From the NCBI GenBank assembly GCA_910592345.1, contig CAJVPI010000148.1:1-48941 (forward strand): a stretch of DNA of 48,941 bases. Direction: 5' to 3'. The DNA is from Paraglomus brasilianum (Eukaryota). The stretch's first letter is position 1; every line of letters begins with the position of its first letter. The position numbers were made by a program, and so were the translations under genes. The notes below the pieces were generated by a model, which saw nothing but the letters and a program-made list of their open reading frames with translations, was not told where the DNA came from and made no database searches. Positions 23,703-37,599 of the stretch are shown in pieces.

Positions 23703-26700
23703 TTATATCCATGGTGTCCATCCTTCATATAGGACACATAAATTATTAACATCAGTAGCCGATTGAATAATCTTGTCAACCTACAAGTTTAGAACAAAGT
23801 GAACTGTCAGCATAGGCTGGTGATGACTACAACCCTTTATCCAAAACATCACCTGCTCAGCAATAGTCATCGTGGATAACGAGTCGAAATCACGTCCTTC
23901 AAGTTTATCTTTAACGCGTTTTAATACTGATACTGCGTACGCGTTGCGAACTTCGGCTTTTTAGAGATGCAAACAGAATACAGTGTTAGCATACTATCGT
24001 GCTCACGAATCACGGCGGTATATCGATATCCAAGCACACCAGAAGTATTTTCTCACTTACCAGTCTCATCTATTAACGCGGAATCAGGCTGCTGGCTCAC
24101 CGCTTCGGACTGTTTCTTGTTAGCATGCGGTTTTATTTTCTGCAAAATAAAAAGGAATGATATAAAGATAACCGATGATATATCGTATACAACCCATGAT
24201 CAAACAACATAATCCAAGTCCCAAAAACATACCTCGCTAGTATCCTCACATTCGTCGTTGTCCTGTTCACAAAATTCCCTTCCCTTTCCCTTCCTTTTCC
24301 CTTCTCTGTTCATCCCAGAAATCTCCATCTCCCTGTCTAACTGCAATGTATCCTCATCCATAACAGTGATCTTCTCAGATGGCACGCGGAATGTTTCAAA
24401 GTGATCCATCGAGTTTGTTATTGTCTCTATAGGGCTCACCTAAAGTTGTAACAATAAGAGAATATTAATAAAGTAATAATAATGGATATGGTAAGTCATC
24501 AATAAAATTCTTTCTATTTTCGCTTTATAAAATAGTTCTTGATTTTGTTTGTCCTCTCCCAGATTTACATACCCTCTCAACGTCTTGGGCAAAAAACAAC
24601 TGCGAGCTTGCGTCCGCCTCACCAAACTCCTGCATTAAACCTTTTGTATCTATGTTATCTTCGTTTATTTCCTTGTCCTCAAACCCTGGAGATTGATGAA
24701 GAGAAGAGGCAGTAACGCATTTTGCAGACGTTCTTGTTACTATTCGATTCACCTCATTCTCGTTCACTTCTTCTGTTCCCATTTCCACATCTTCTGTCAC
24801 TAATCTCTCATCCAACTGCTTCTCTAGGATCAAAATATCTTCTATCCTTCCTTCCATGTTCTCAAATAACCCTTTCATTTCTTTGACTTTTGGTACTAGC
24901 AACCCAGCAGATTCCTCAAATTCCACAGCAGTCTTGTCTCTACCTTCATCCGAGTGCCAATCGAGTAATGGATCATAAACAAATGCTTCAAGAAGCATGA
25001 CAAGAATTTCGCCGTTAGCTCGGAGAACACGTAAGGTATCCTCGCATGCGATACGAAATACTCCTTCAACACCTGTTATTCCAAGCGCAGACACTATATT
25101 TTGCGTTAATCTACACGGAACAGTTTCCGGCACTCTTAATTTCTTTCCTTTCTCAAAACAAACATTATAGTCTATATGTATAACTTCTCCTCTCTCAAAA
25201 TCGACAAGTATATTATCTAGATGCCTATCTCCTAAACCGATGATATATCCAATGATGCTCATGACAGCAATCGATCGACTCAATGAAATTGATTTTTGCA
25301 ACCAGGAGGTAGGTGTCGTGGACGAAGACCAGAGCTCATTAGAGAGAAGATCTGAAGGAGTAGAATTGAGTAGGTCGAGGTAGGCAGTCCTTAGGATAGA
25401 TTTCGGCCAATGCTTGCGGGATATGGTTGGAGGCAAGCCTTCCTTTTTGAGCAACTTACGAATCTTTTCGTAGTATATATCACTAGGACGCTGAAGAAGG
25501 GTATTGGCGATGGTTGTTGCGACTCCAATATTTGTTGTGGCAGCGTTGGCATTTGTAATTCCTACGCTTGCTTGCCCCTCTGGGTGCCCACTATTTCCAA
25601 TAAGCGTCTTGACAGAATATTCCCTCTGTTGCCACTTTTTATACAATACAAATAGCTGCACAGCATTCTCGACCCACTGAATCATTCCCGAATGCTCACC
25701 TAGGGGCACAACTGCATAAAATCTGGCATTTAATCCTGCTTTCCTACCCCGCTTATCTCTTCGCAGCAAACAATTCGTAATCTGTAACCCTCGCATAATT
25801 CTCTCATCCAAATGCATGTCTTCTAATCCTTTAAATAAATACGCATATGTATTGCCATCCGATCCAATTAGATTAAGTTTCTTTGGTTTAGTTTTTGTGG
25901 GTAATACGTGAACCGTGTCTGAGAATGAATAAATGGTGAGCGGGGACGAGGTGGGAGAGAAGGAAAGAGATGAAGGAAAAGTGGGAAGAGGAAGTGACGA
26001 TGAATGAAGGGAAGAAAGATATGGTGAGAGAGAAGCAAGTGGAAGAGCCCGAGCGGTTTGGATTTGCTTTGTTAGATCTCTATGGATCTTAAAGAGAAGA
26101 TGAAACAAAGATTGCGTAAAACCAAGTTTTAAGCGTTAGTTGAATTGACATGTATCAGATTGCGCAGCATCATTTTCTTTTTACGCCTACACCCAAATCA
26201 AAAGTTACAAATTTACTCACTAGTTTAAACAAGTCCCATCCTTCTTTGACGCTGTCCCATCGTTTTGGACTTTTCAATCTGTCATATGCTTCCCTTATTC
26301 TCGAACCAAAGCTATCTAAAAACCACTTCTCATGGTGTGTAGTCGCTCTGCTTGTAATAGACAATAATCTATCGAATGAAACAATGACAGGTTTCATTTG
26401 AGCATCATGAGTCTCTTTCATTATCTGGTCTTGTTCGGCAGGAGTCAAGTTGAGATTATCATTAATGCGTTCGAACTCGGCGTTGACTTTGTGTAGCCGC
26501 TTGGAAATGTCAAATTGCAGTGATGTTATTTTATTCAACCAGAGTTCTTCCCAAAGCACCGTTATTCTTTGTAATTCCTTGATTACCATCTTTGTTTCTT
26601 CGATAATCCTCTCGTTCTTTTGCTTAATCCTCTCCATGATTCTTATCAATAATATTCTATTTCCTTCACTGACTCTTTGCGCCTGCAGTGCTACGACTGT

Positions 26701-29700
26701 ATGATAGACCACCGCGTGTGGTTCATTCTCTGCTATTTTGCAGAGTAAATTACATAGTTCGTGTCGGACGAAAGAATCATGGTGGGTTAGGCGAGAGAAT
26801 AATTGTGGGATAATGGGAAGCCAATGATGTGTGGTAGTTGCGTGGAGGCCGAACGAGAGGAATGATCGTAGAATTGGACCGTAAGTTACGAGAAGATTGA
26901 GAATGCGCAGTGTTGAGATTAATGCATCCGCTTCCGTTATGCGTGTAGGCGACTAAATATGGAATAATAAGAAGTTTGAACATATATATCAATAATGGAG
27001 AAATGTAATCTATGATTTCTTTACCTTACTGTAATGATTATCATAATTACAGTTTTCTTTATTATTTTCTCCATCTTCATGCTTGTCCTTAGAACTGTCA
27101 ACATTTTTACCATGTTCCCCATCGCTCAACTGCAGATACTTGTGATATCCATCCACAGCAGAGCTGAACGAGCGCAAAACTTGTAGTTCTAAGTCAATTA
27201 GAACTCGATGAATCGTGCTAATAGTATCTGGGGATGACAAACAGTCAGTAATTCGTTGCAATGATTGCTGCGTTCCGTGTTCCTGTTTGTCTGATTGTTC
27301 CTGTTCTTGTTGTTGTAGAATTGTCTGATTAATATCTCCCCTGAGTGACGTAACCGTTGAGAGTGGCGTGTAAGAATTGAAGTATTGGAGGAAGAGTGTG
27401 AAAATAGACTATATAAATTTAGGATGAGAGGGGTAAGCATTACTATGAATGTAAGTACAATATATTACAATTAATGCGGCTTCACCTTAAGTATTAGATC
27501 GAAATGAGGCATATCTTTATCCACATTAGCATCAATGTTTTCCCCTACAATTCCTTCATGCATATTCTCTTCGTTCTTACTCCAATCACTGAAACATTGT
27601 CTCAACACGTTTGCAACACTTTTCACCACTTCCGTCATCCGAGTTCCGTTCTTTATATCATCTAATATCTTCCACCCATAGTGGTATTGGTGTGTAGCAT
27701 ATATGAACCAGGGTTTCGCATAAATACTATTGTTGAGAGAGATTGCATTCGTCAGAGATGCAAATATAAGGGAGACTCGAGTGCTAGTATCAAGGGAAGA
27801 GTTATCAGCCGCATTAAAATTAGTGGTAGTGACAGTGCTAATCTCAGCGTTAATACTATCATTATTACTGCTTTTAATGTCTTCGATGAGTGCATTTCCA
27901 TTACTATTCAACACATTTTGCAAACTTATCATTGTCTCAGGATCGATATCATTCCTATAGTTCTCTAACCACTTGGCCAGCTTTAAATACATTTTCTGAT
28001 GAAGCTTTTGTTTTTCTGACATTACATCCATCAAATAAATATTATTATGCAATGTTGTGGGGATTGCGTTATTCATTACACTCTCCATGATGTTCCCTTT
28101 TACGGTTCCCTCCTCGTTCAGTCTCTTAAGAGGCATAAGCGAGCAAGTTTTACGAATAGCCTCTATACAATTATTCTGTTCATACAAAATCTTTGCTTGC
28201 TCAAAAATAATCTCGACAGGGATAGCATCGTCGTTACTCTTATAATGTCCAAGTAATTTCATAGCTTTCTTGTATGCACGAGACTTTCTGGCAACCTTCG
28301 CAGTGATGTATCTTATTAAATGCACATAATTTGCATTAAGACATTTTACATTCCCTTGTTCTTTTCTTCCCCATTTTCCATCTTTGATCTCTGCAACGCC
28401 TTTCTCAACAAGTCGCTCAAGATTTGTCCAGACATCAGTATCCGAATCAAACAAATCACCGAAATACGAGGTATGTCTTATATCTACGTTTTCAGCAAAA
28501 TTGTCGAAGAATGATTTGAACTTTGAAGGATCATGTGGAAGTGCGTGTGAAAAGTTTTGAGAAAGAATAGGATTAATGGAACGAGTCGTTGGCGGAAGAA
28601 AACGTAGTGAAGAGATAATATTGGGAATGTTTGAATCCGGTGAAATATTAGTAAAAGGAGAGGTAAGTATGGATGTATTTGACGTAATAGGAAGAGATTT
28701 CGCTCCCATTGTCACAGATGCTGTTGGCGATGAGGATCTTGCCACGGGTTGTTGAAGATGTACGTATTTTAATCGATAAAGCCATTCAATAAGCCTTATA
28801 TCATTTGGTCCCTCATACAATTCCTTAATAACGCTCATGTCTTCTCCAAATCTACCCGTTTCTTCGCCTGTTTCCCATTTTCCAAACACATCTGCCGTAT
28901 ACCACCGCTCCAATTCATCTAAATATTGCCGATTCTCCTTAACCAACGGGTGCAGCATACTGTCTTCTATTTTATGCTCTTTTATCCATTCGGACAAAGA
29001 AGACATGTCATCGAGTTTTATATAGCAATTAATAATATTGGATGTTACGAACTGGCTTATTAAGCGAATTACACTCCGAGAATTAACTGCATCCTGAGCT
29101 TGCCCCGAGTTATCTCTTCCTTCACGCCCCTCTTGTGCATTTTCATGTTCGAATAATTCATTCAGTACTTTTGTGGCTTCAGTGATCGATGCCTCGTATT
29201 CTAGGTAAGATGTCCGTATTGAAGGACTCATCCAAGTAAACATAAGCGACGCGGGTATAGGCCAGGAGCGAGGAAGTGGTTTGCGTTGGAGCAGTGTGCG
29301 AGTACAGGGTTGAGCTGTGGGAGTAGTACTAGTCGCATCCATATTTCCACCAGTAACAACAATGCTAATATTACCACCATTTTTTCTTGTACTTTTCTCA
29401 TCGATATTCTTCACACACCATTCTTTCAATCCGACAACCATATCCCCTTCCTTTAACCTCTCCAAACTTTCTACAACATACATGCAGACCGTTTGAAATT
29501 CATTAATATAGCTCAAGGATAAACTCTGCTTATTCTTTGCGGTTGTCAAGTTATTAATATCATCTCCCTGTCTGACATGCCCTCTATCACCCGTTCCACC
29601 TTTCTCTCTCTCGTTCTCCAGACCTCCTTTTTCCTTATCCAACACCCAACTCTTCTCCTTCAAATAACTAATACCATGTCTTACAACCATCGCATCATCT

Positions 29701-32700
29701 CCAACCATTCTTGCCCCTTTCACCAGTCCAAATCTCACTCGACTGAACCAGTCCCCACATACTTTCTCATTTGTACGGAAGAACAAGATACTTGGTCGAG
29801 GGGCAGGTGGGATGATGGAGAGCGCGGTGCCGGTTGTGGCATTGTGAATTTGAAGTTCAAGAAGAGTAAGTAGAGTTAATAGTGCACGGAGGTTGGCAAG
29901 ATGGGCGGTGGGAGTTGATGGTGAGGAAGAAGGAGAAAAAAAAGCGCATTCGTCAAAAGCAGACGCGCGTACGTTTGCACCCGAAGTGATACCACCGTCA
30001 CTGGCTATCTCAGCACTGGTTATGCCCTCACTTCTCTCGATTTTACTAGCTTCATTTCCATCATTGCCTAGTGTATTTCCAATACTATCAAGTAAGCCGT
30101 TTAAATGTTTCTCCAAACAATCAAATGTCTGCTTCGGACCTCCGAATGGCGTGCGTAGTCGTGATAATATACAATATCTGGTCGATTCCCAAAGCGACCA
30201 GAATGTTAGCAAAGGTATCGAATTTGCAATCGTTGAGGCAAAGATGGGATAAGTAAGTGCGGTATCGTTTGCAGTAGGTGTAGTGATGGTGTCAGAATTA
30301 TTATTTGTAGGACCGTTTCTGATATTATTGTGACTTGCGCTATCGCTGGACCTCCCCTTCTGATTCACTGGCTCGAACGTTACTTCTGACTGACAAGAAT
30401 AAAATAATTTCTGCAGCCATTCTCCATTATTTGTATTCTCAGATGGATACGAATCGTGCAACGTTGCCGAGTCTGTTGTTGACAAGAAATCTTCCATTCC
30501 CAAATGAGCCATTAGTATTTGAAAGTGGCGAGGGCGGAAGTTGCCCAAGTGAGGTGTCGAGATGATTGTTGACTTGAAACGAGAGGTAAAGAAAGTTTAA
30601 ACCTCATGTAAATATATGTTCAACGAGTATGACAACAATAGAACAAACCGGCCGGTTGAAATCTGTTGTACTTACTCTGATATCTTCATACAGTGTATCC
30701 GAATATTCGTTACGTTGAAAGGCAGTATATAATGGATTAATACTATATAGCAGCTTTGCATACTCTGTTTGTACTTTAGGATCAACATCCGCAATTCTAC
30801 ACCGAGACAGTGGATTTGTTAGCAATAAGTAATACAAACAGTGTCCATTGTAAACGCCAATCTGTTTGTCTAATCATCGCCTAACGGTTCTATCGCCTTA
30901 CCTGTGCCATATTCCAACAACGATGCTTTCTTTAACAGAAACAGAGCCAAACACTTTAAAGTAATCTCTTACTACTCTGGCCACAACTAGCCTAATCTCT
31001 CTATCCCTCGCTACTTCCGATAACCTCGTCAATGCATCCAACACTGTGTCAATATGCGCTTTCGCATCCGTTCTTATATATTTTTGTGTATCCTTCGTTG
31101 CATTCTCTGTCAAATCTGCTTTCACCCTCGTTTCTTCATTATTGACGTGTTTGATTATATTTAAAAACCAGTCGATAGTTAATAAGATAATATTTATGGG
31201 AAAGTTAACGTGATTAATAAAGATTGAGGAAATAAGGGAAGTTATAGTGGAAAAGGTTGGGTAATTAGATGCGTGAAGGTGTGAGAGAAAGTAAGAGCAA
31301 CTACATACATTATATGACAGAAAAAAGCGATGAGTAAAAATACACGAAAATAAGATCAAGCCAATACTTCTTCCAATAGACGTACGGATACTGCTTATTC
31401 GCCAGTCAAGACTTACCTTCGCGAAACACTTCTCATCGTCTTCATCGTTGCAGTCATTAGAACTGTATCAAAGTATGCGCATTTATTGATCTTCTCGAAT
31501 ACATGAAGTAAAACCGAAAACACCTCCAGTTCGCGATTCCACGATCTTGCGATTTCGGATAACAACTCGAGATCGGTGACCAGGACCAAGGATGCTGGGT
31601 CATATTACGATGGAATAGTTGGAATTAGGATAAGCTACAGTCACGTATAATTAGATATTTATTTACTTTACCGATTGTTCTATTAACTGTCTCGTCGATC
31701 GTTTTACCGATTGCCGTAGAGTTCTCTTTATCATTACTCTTCTTCATTTCTTGATGTACATTCAACTCTCCAACAACTTTATTCTCACTTTCAGCGTTAA
31801 CTTCATCTCCATTTCCTTCTTCGGGTACCTCCTTATTTTCGTCATTTCCAACAACCAACACTATTTTCTCCTTCTTTTCATTTTCTTCTTTCTTTGATCT
31901 TCTCCTTTTCTCTCTTTTCCCTTCTCGATCTTCAATTATCAGCTTCATCATGCAATAAACTTCATTCTCCAACTCGCTTATTATGTTTTTCTTTCCAACG
32001 TCGTCCGTCTCTATCATGTTGTTTTGATTTCTAAATAATATCCGAAACATCTCCAATATATCTGCAAATAAACGAGTATTGCGAGGGTGATGTATGCGGA
32101 GTTGCTGGAGTTTAGAGTTGGGATGGGCAAGGGTAAATAAAATGTCTGGATGAACGACAGGTATCCAGTTAGATAGAATCTAATTTGAAGGAGATGGAGA
32201 TAGATGAAAAGAAAAAGGTTAATTGGTTACATAGTTTAGAACACATTTCATGAAATGGTATTACTGGATAAATCTAAATACTCACCTGTAACAAACCATC
32301 AAACCATTCATCTATTTGTCGGCCAGCTAAGGTTTCGTCCTGAGTAACTACTAACTGATTCAAGTAGAAAGTAATTGCAAGCGTTTGTTGATACACGGAA
32401 GCTGTTTTTCTATATGCACTCAAGGAAATAATTATTTGATTCCCTAAAAATACGAGTAAGCAATACATAGATATATATTGTTCAATGAATTACACCAAAA
32501 CGAGTGATAACCAAACCGCCAACCCTTTCTTTTCACCTAATCTTGCTCAGCCATCTCCATCAGCATTTTTAATTTACCTTTCCGTAACCAGTCGGCATCA
32601 AGATGCATATTAGCGACAGTATTTAAAATCTTAATTATCCAGGCATGCAATCTGTCGAAAGGGTATGAATTATCATCTACTCCAGCTCCACAAGAATGTT

Positions 32701-34557
32701 CCGTTGATTGTGCTGGAACAACTCCGCCAACTGCATCAGCAACTGCATGGAAACAGCTAAACAAAAAGACGATAGATAAGTGATAATACATGACAGAAAA
32801 TAGGATTTCTTTTTGATACGAGATGGACAAAGCATCGGATTGTTAGGAAATACGTAAATCCCTTGATTTTATTACCTTAACAAGGCCTTAACATTACTCG
32901 AAATACCATTCTTATTATCCTTATCGCTTTCTTCATGGTCGCTTTCATTCTGCTTTTCCTTCCCAGCATCAGGTAATATGGACAGTCCAAGTTCAACCTC
33001 CATATCAGTTAGGAAATGACTCATAAGTTCGAAGGCAAACTCAAGATTACGAGCCCAACACGGCCGTAGTTTAATGAACGTTTCTAAAGTAGAGTATTAA
33101 TGAAATATATGTAATAAATGACTAAATGATAAATTGAGCAACAATAAAAGATTGTGACTTAGATAAATGACAAAGCGATCCTTGAATACATCAACGCCAG
33201 ATACATTTTGTGGGCGATTACCTGAAATTAATCGATGCAAATTGTCAGAAACCGAGGTATCAATATGCCATCCTACAAGAAGATCAATTATATCCTACTT
33301 ATAAAAACATTACATTAATAACATTCGTCAAGAAAAACTCTGCTCATTGTCCGTTCTTTTCCCCCATTCTCTCTAATATTCTTACAAACCTGGAATCTCT
33401 CACAAAATTCGTTCGGATACTTGTCAACAATCTTCTCAAGCACTTCGAGAATACCCGGGAAGCAATCTACACATGCCATCGAATCTAGAAGAGCTTCGAC
33501 ATCGATTAGGATGGACGGGATTAGAGGTTGGAGTATTGATGAAGGTGGGTGAGAAGATGAATGGGCAGGACGACTAAGGAGCTTTTTGTCAAAAAAAAAA
33601 CGAGAATTAGTGACTGAGTGAAACGGCCTCCAAGTACTAATATTCCTGTTCGCATTCTGGCATTCCATACTGAGTTTGTTGACAAAGTCTCATTGCTTGC
33701 CAAAATCATAAAGAAACTGATCAATATATTCCATCTTCCATCACCAGCCATCCCTTTTTATCAAAGATAAGACATACTTCGCGTAAAGAAGCGACTATCC
33801 ATGTCTTTCTCTCCTTGTCTCTATCTCGATTCCCGCTCGCCGTTACGTGTAACCGTTCAAAAGTCCAGCGTAGGTATAATTCGATGTCATCCTTCATGTT
33901 CAGAGCTACCTGAGCAAGAAACTTGGACAAAAGTAGACGGGTGTTTGATGGAGATCTGGAATTATAAGAAGGAAGAGGGGAGGGTGGAAATAGTAGATAT
34001 AATTGAAATCGTATTCAATGGAGGGTTTTCATGGATATGTTTTCGTAGTAAATACTGCTAAATACACCATACGTTCATAAAGGTCAAGGATTTTTCTCAC
34101 CTTGTATCTTCGAAAAGACTTTCTATTGTCGGCATTCCGCCCGTTCCTTTCGTCATGCTTTCGAATAATTGATTTGCCTCCCATGTTGACATTGATTCAT
34201 TTACCATGTTCGACAATTGATTCAAAGAGTTTGTGCGGCGAGTGTAAAGCGATTCATTGTCGTCACGGATGCGAGACAATAAGCTTTGGATGCGGGACAA
34301 CTTTGTTGAATCTATAGGAGAATCCGGTATATTAATCGGGAGTAGAAGGGAGAATTGGTAATCCGATACGAGTTAATTAAGGTGGTTACTGTTGACGCGT
34401 TCACTGTTTATCTCTCTACAGTAATTCTACATATCTAACCTCGAATATCCGTACGATGTTCTCCATGTTGTGGTAAGTTCGCTTGGTGATGATGTCTGTG
34501 ATGTGGCGCTCTACGCGGATATCTACCAACTGGTCTTCTTCCTCGGCTAGAGAACAT
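23703..34557 (-). CDS. SMG1: Serine/threonine-protein kinase SMG1 (PIKK family; UPF1 kinase of nonsense-mediated decay)
   Basis: About 20 exons, likely ATG at 34557 (MFSSRGRR), stop at 23703-23705. SMG1-diagnostic motifs: DIIDLLVGWHID, WSLWESTRYCILSRLRTPFG, FFRTNEKVCGDWFSRVR, ELQRITVLWEELWL, LPTKTKPKKL, YLFKGLEDMHLDERIM, IGLGDRHLDNIL, HIDYNVCFEKGKKLRVPE, FVYDPLLDW, and FATC RNAYAVSVLKRVKDKLEGRD...AEQVDKIIQSATDVNNLCPIYEGWTPWI*. Confidence 0.95.
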
Positions 34558-37278
34558 TATCTGATCTGGAATTGTAGGCAAAAGAATGAAATGATGGGAA
34601 TGTGTGACGCATCTATAATCACGTGTTGTCAAATATTCACGCCTTGCATTTACAATTGAGATAGTGAAGTTATCGGATTTGTTAACAAGTGAACTGCATG
34701 TATTCTGAAACGTTACACTAATATTGATTGTTCTCCTTTACGGAAGCAATATACAATATGTCGCCATATGACAAATATCCAAGTTGGTTTACATTTTAAA
34801 CGCTTCTCACCCTACTTGACACGCGATAACACACTGTATTCGAATTTACAATATGGTATTGAATTGGAGAATGCTACGAAACATAATTTGTTAAGCTCCA
34901 TCGAGGAGATTAACATCAGCACATGGCTATAATCATTTATACATAAAAAAATAATAACGACACATGAGCAAAAGCAAACATTCGGACTATTAATAATTAT
35001 ATGAACGCATACTCTATCCAATTAAATCAACAACGCCCTGGATTATTGCTACCTTAATACATTAGCACTAGTATTATAAATGATGCCGTTTTGCAGTGCA
35101 CAGTCCGTTACGAATTCTGCTTTAGTCTTTACATTCTCATAGATTAACTTTATCCAGTTTTTCCGATTGGCTATAATATTTCCCTGCATGCGTTTCCCTG
35201 TATCAAATCGGATAACCGATAAAATTTTTACTTTTGGCTGACACATTCGCTGGTTCTGTTGGCCTTAACGTCAATAAAGCTGATCGAAACCTATCACAGA
35301 TATACCGTAGACAAACATACGGCCGAATAATCGGTAGAAATAATCAGTAAACCCTCTAATAGAAATGATTTGTCCACGCGGACACAATTGTAATAGTCAT
35401 ACTGTTTTACTGGCTTAAATTTGTAAGTATATCGAATTACTGGAAAAGCCGATCGAATAAGTAACTGCATATGTTCTGTATCTTGGTTTTTTGATTTATG
35501 TGTTCCCCCAAAAACTGTGCACATTTTTATGTAGCGATAGGGGATTGGTCTCCAAAAATAGCCTCTTTCCCCAGAAATACATATATTCTAGCCACTAACT
35601 GTGGATCTTACAAGACGATTTGCATGCACATAAAATGGATAGAATATGTGGTACTAAAGGATCATTGTAATCCAGACGTGCATATTTCCGAATATACATG
35701 TTGGGGCAGTCTCGAATTGTGTTGTTATCGGAAAATAAGCCATTACTATAGGCGATCAACGGATTCACCAGAAACAGTAACTGCATTAGTATTGCAATAT
35801 GGTATGTGCAATATGCAATATGATGAGCAAGAATATGATAGAACAAGTCGTAATAAACCGATTTTTAAATATGCAATAACAAAAATACCAAGTTACGCCA
35901 AATTAACGTTTACCCAAGTCTAGCACAACAATCGACGAAATTGTCAAAACCAGTTATCTTAGCTTCTGTGTTGATTACTTTCCGGTATATTATTGAAGTA
36001 TTAAAGAAACTCGATGGAATGCTGATCGTCTTTTTATTATGTGATGGTTGCTTGCCATATTTTATGTAAGTCGTAAAAATAAGGCCCAATAAGTTTTTTA
36101 ATTTCTTTATCTTAAACATCAAATTACCAGACATATAATAACAGTTGACTTTGCGAGATTTCGGTTAGGCGTAAAAAATAACCGAATACATATAGATATT
36201 CTTTGCCTTTTACCATTTCCTGTAATGTGCAATGTTGCTTGGACGCTTATTCTGTAATAGCAGTCTCGGCCGCGTAGAATTATCACTACATGCAGTTGCT
36301 GTTGAAGTAGCTTGAAAATAATCATTAGAATCACATAGACAACGTCTCTATTTGGTCAACATAACCGATTGTTTTACTGCAACACTTTTGACACGAACAT
36401 ATTTGATGTTGATCGGATTAATTTTCTTAGCCAGTTTGAAAAATTTACGTTAACAAGTTTATATCAAATCTACTTTTTACAATAAAAAACGATAATAATT
36501 TCTGTAATCTATGGAGGCAAGTTTTCACAAAACATGCTCTATTGCTGTTATATATACTTATCCCACACACATGATACGGCTTTTAGTTAAGACTTGCAAA
36601 CGAAGACTTTCGCTTGTTGGAACAGCAGTCCCAAAAATGAGTATGTTTGTTTGGTTATTTGTTTAAAGTTGTGCGCGATATAATAATGCACAGTTAGAAA
36701 ATTGCTGTTGCGCTTAAATTTGGGTTATTTATTGTTCAACTTTTTGATAGCAAAATGGGCGTTGATTAATGTGTATGTTACTTTCCGGTATATAGGAGGT
36801 AGGATCTATCCAGCCGCCTACGTAGCAGAAACTGAAAACTTAATAGACTTGTCTATCCAGTTTTCTATCGCTAGCCGGTTTTTGCCTGGGCCTAGATGCC
36901 GTAATTGTTTTTACAAACAAAACGTTATTCACATAGCTTAGTAAGATTTCAGCATACAGTGCATTACGAGAAAGAAAAATAAATAAAAATAAATAGAAGC
37001 TCTTCGAACGCGTATAATATGGGGCATATTGCAACGTGAATATTTGTTATGTAACACTGAATATTAACCAATTTGACTAATCAATGACATTTATGTAAAT
37101 TACATTTTTAATTTGTATCATGCTAGAATGTAACTATCATTCAACTTTATTGAGGTAAACTTTTACTCGAATTACAGTATGCTTAATATAGGAGTATTCC
37201 TGTATAAAATTACTTATATGAAACTAATCTATATCAGATCCACCATGGTACCAATAATATACCATGGTTTGTAAGAAT

Positions 37279-37599
37279 GTCTGTGTTTGCTCGGATTCCG
37301 CAGTCCGCCAAGACGACTTCACATCTTCCACATTTAGCTTGCCGCTGCAAGTAGGAAAGAAGTATTACCTGTTAATACTGAAATGTGGCAAGGCGGGTCA
37401 TCGGAGGCTGTGACTGAACGAGTCGCTCTTGGTGCTGAGACGGTTTGCCTCTGACCTACACACAGACTTGGGATAGGGCCCACCGGAGGAGTCCCCCATA
37501 ACTAGCCTGACGAGTAGCCAGGCCGCTTAGGTGGTTGCATCGACGTGTTGCCCGACCCTTTCCCTATCTCCTCGCCGCTTTAACCGTTTCAAAAAAAAA
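37279..37599 (+). ncRNA. Candidate structured RNA or RNA-derived element (family unassigned)
   Basis: GC-rich island in AT-rich DNA with many nested helices (listed in the finding). Several G-U pairs favour the + strand. Ends in an A9 tract. Confidence 0.4.

Noticed and set aside
25410..34317. Numerous + strand ORFs of 60-120 aa inside SMG1
   Set aside because: Antisense shadows of the SMG1 coding exons with no recognisable motifs.
35498..36334. 141-aa ORF and neighbouring ORFs upstream of SMG1
   Set aside because: No recognisable domain. It may be decayed repeat DNA, but nothing supports a specific call.
37360..37420. Possible gag zinc-knuckle relic (ITC*..KCGKAGHRR)
   Set aside because: Needs a stop plus frameshifts, and no other gag/pol sequence is nearby. 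Kept only as a weak alternative explanation for the island.
37279..37599. Assignment of the structured island to group I intron, RNase P/MRP, TPP riboswitch, HDV ribozyme or telomerase RNA
   Set aside because: Only isolated partial motifs are present (TCCGCAG, CACAGACT, GAGTCCCC, GCTGAGA, CTCCTCG). Required partner elements are missing or in the wrong order, and no telomere template is seen.
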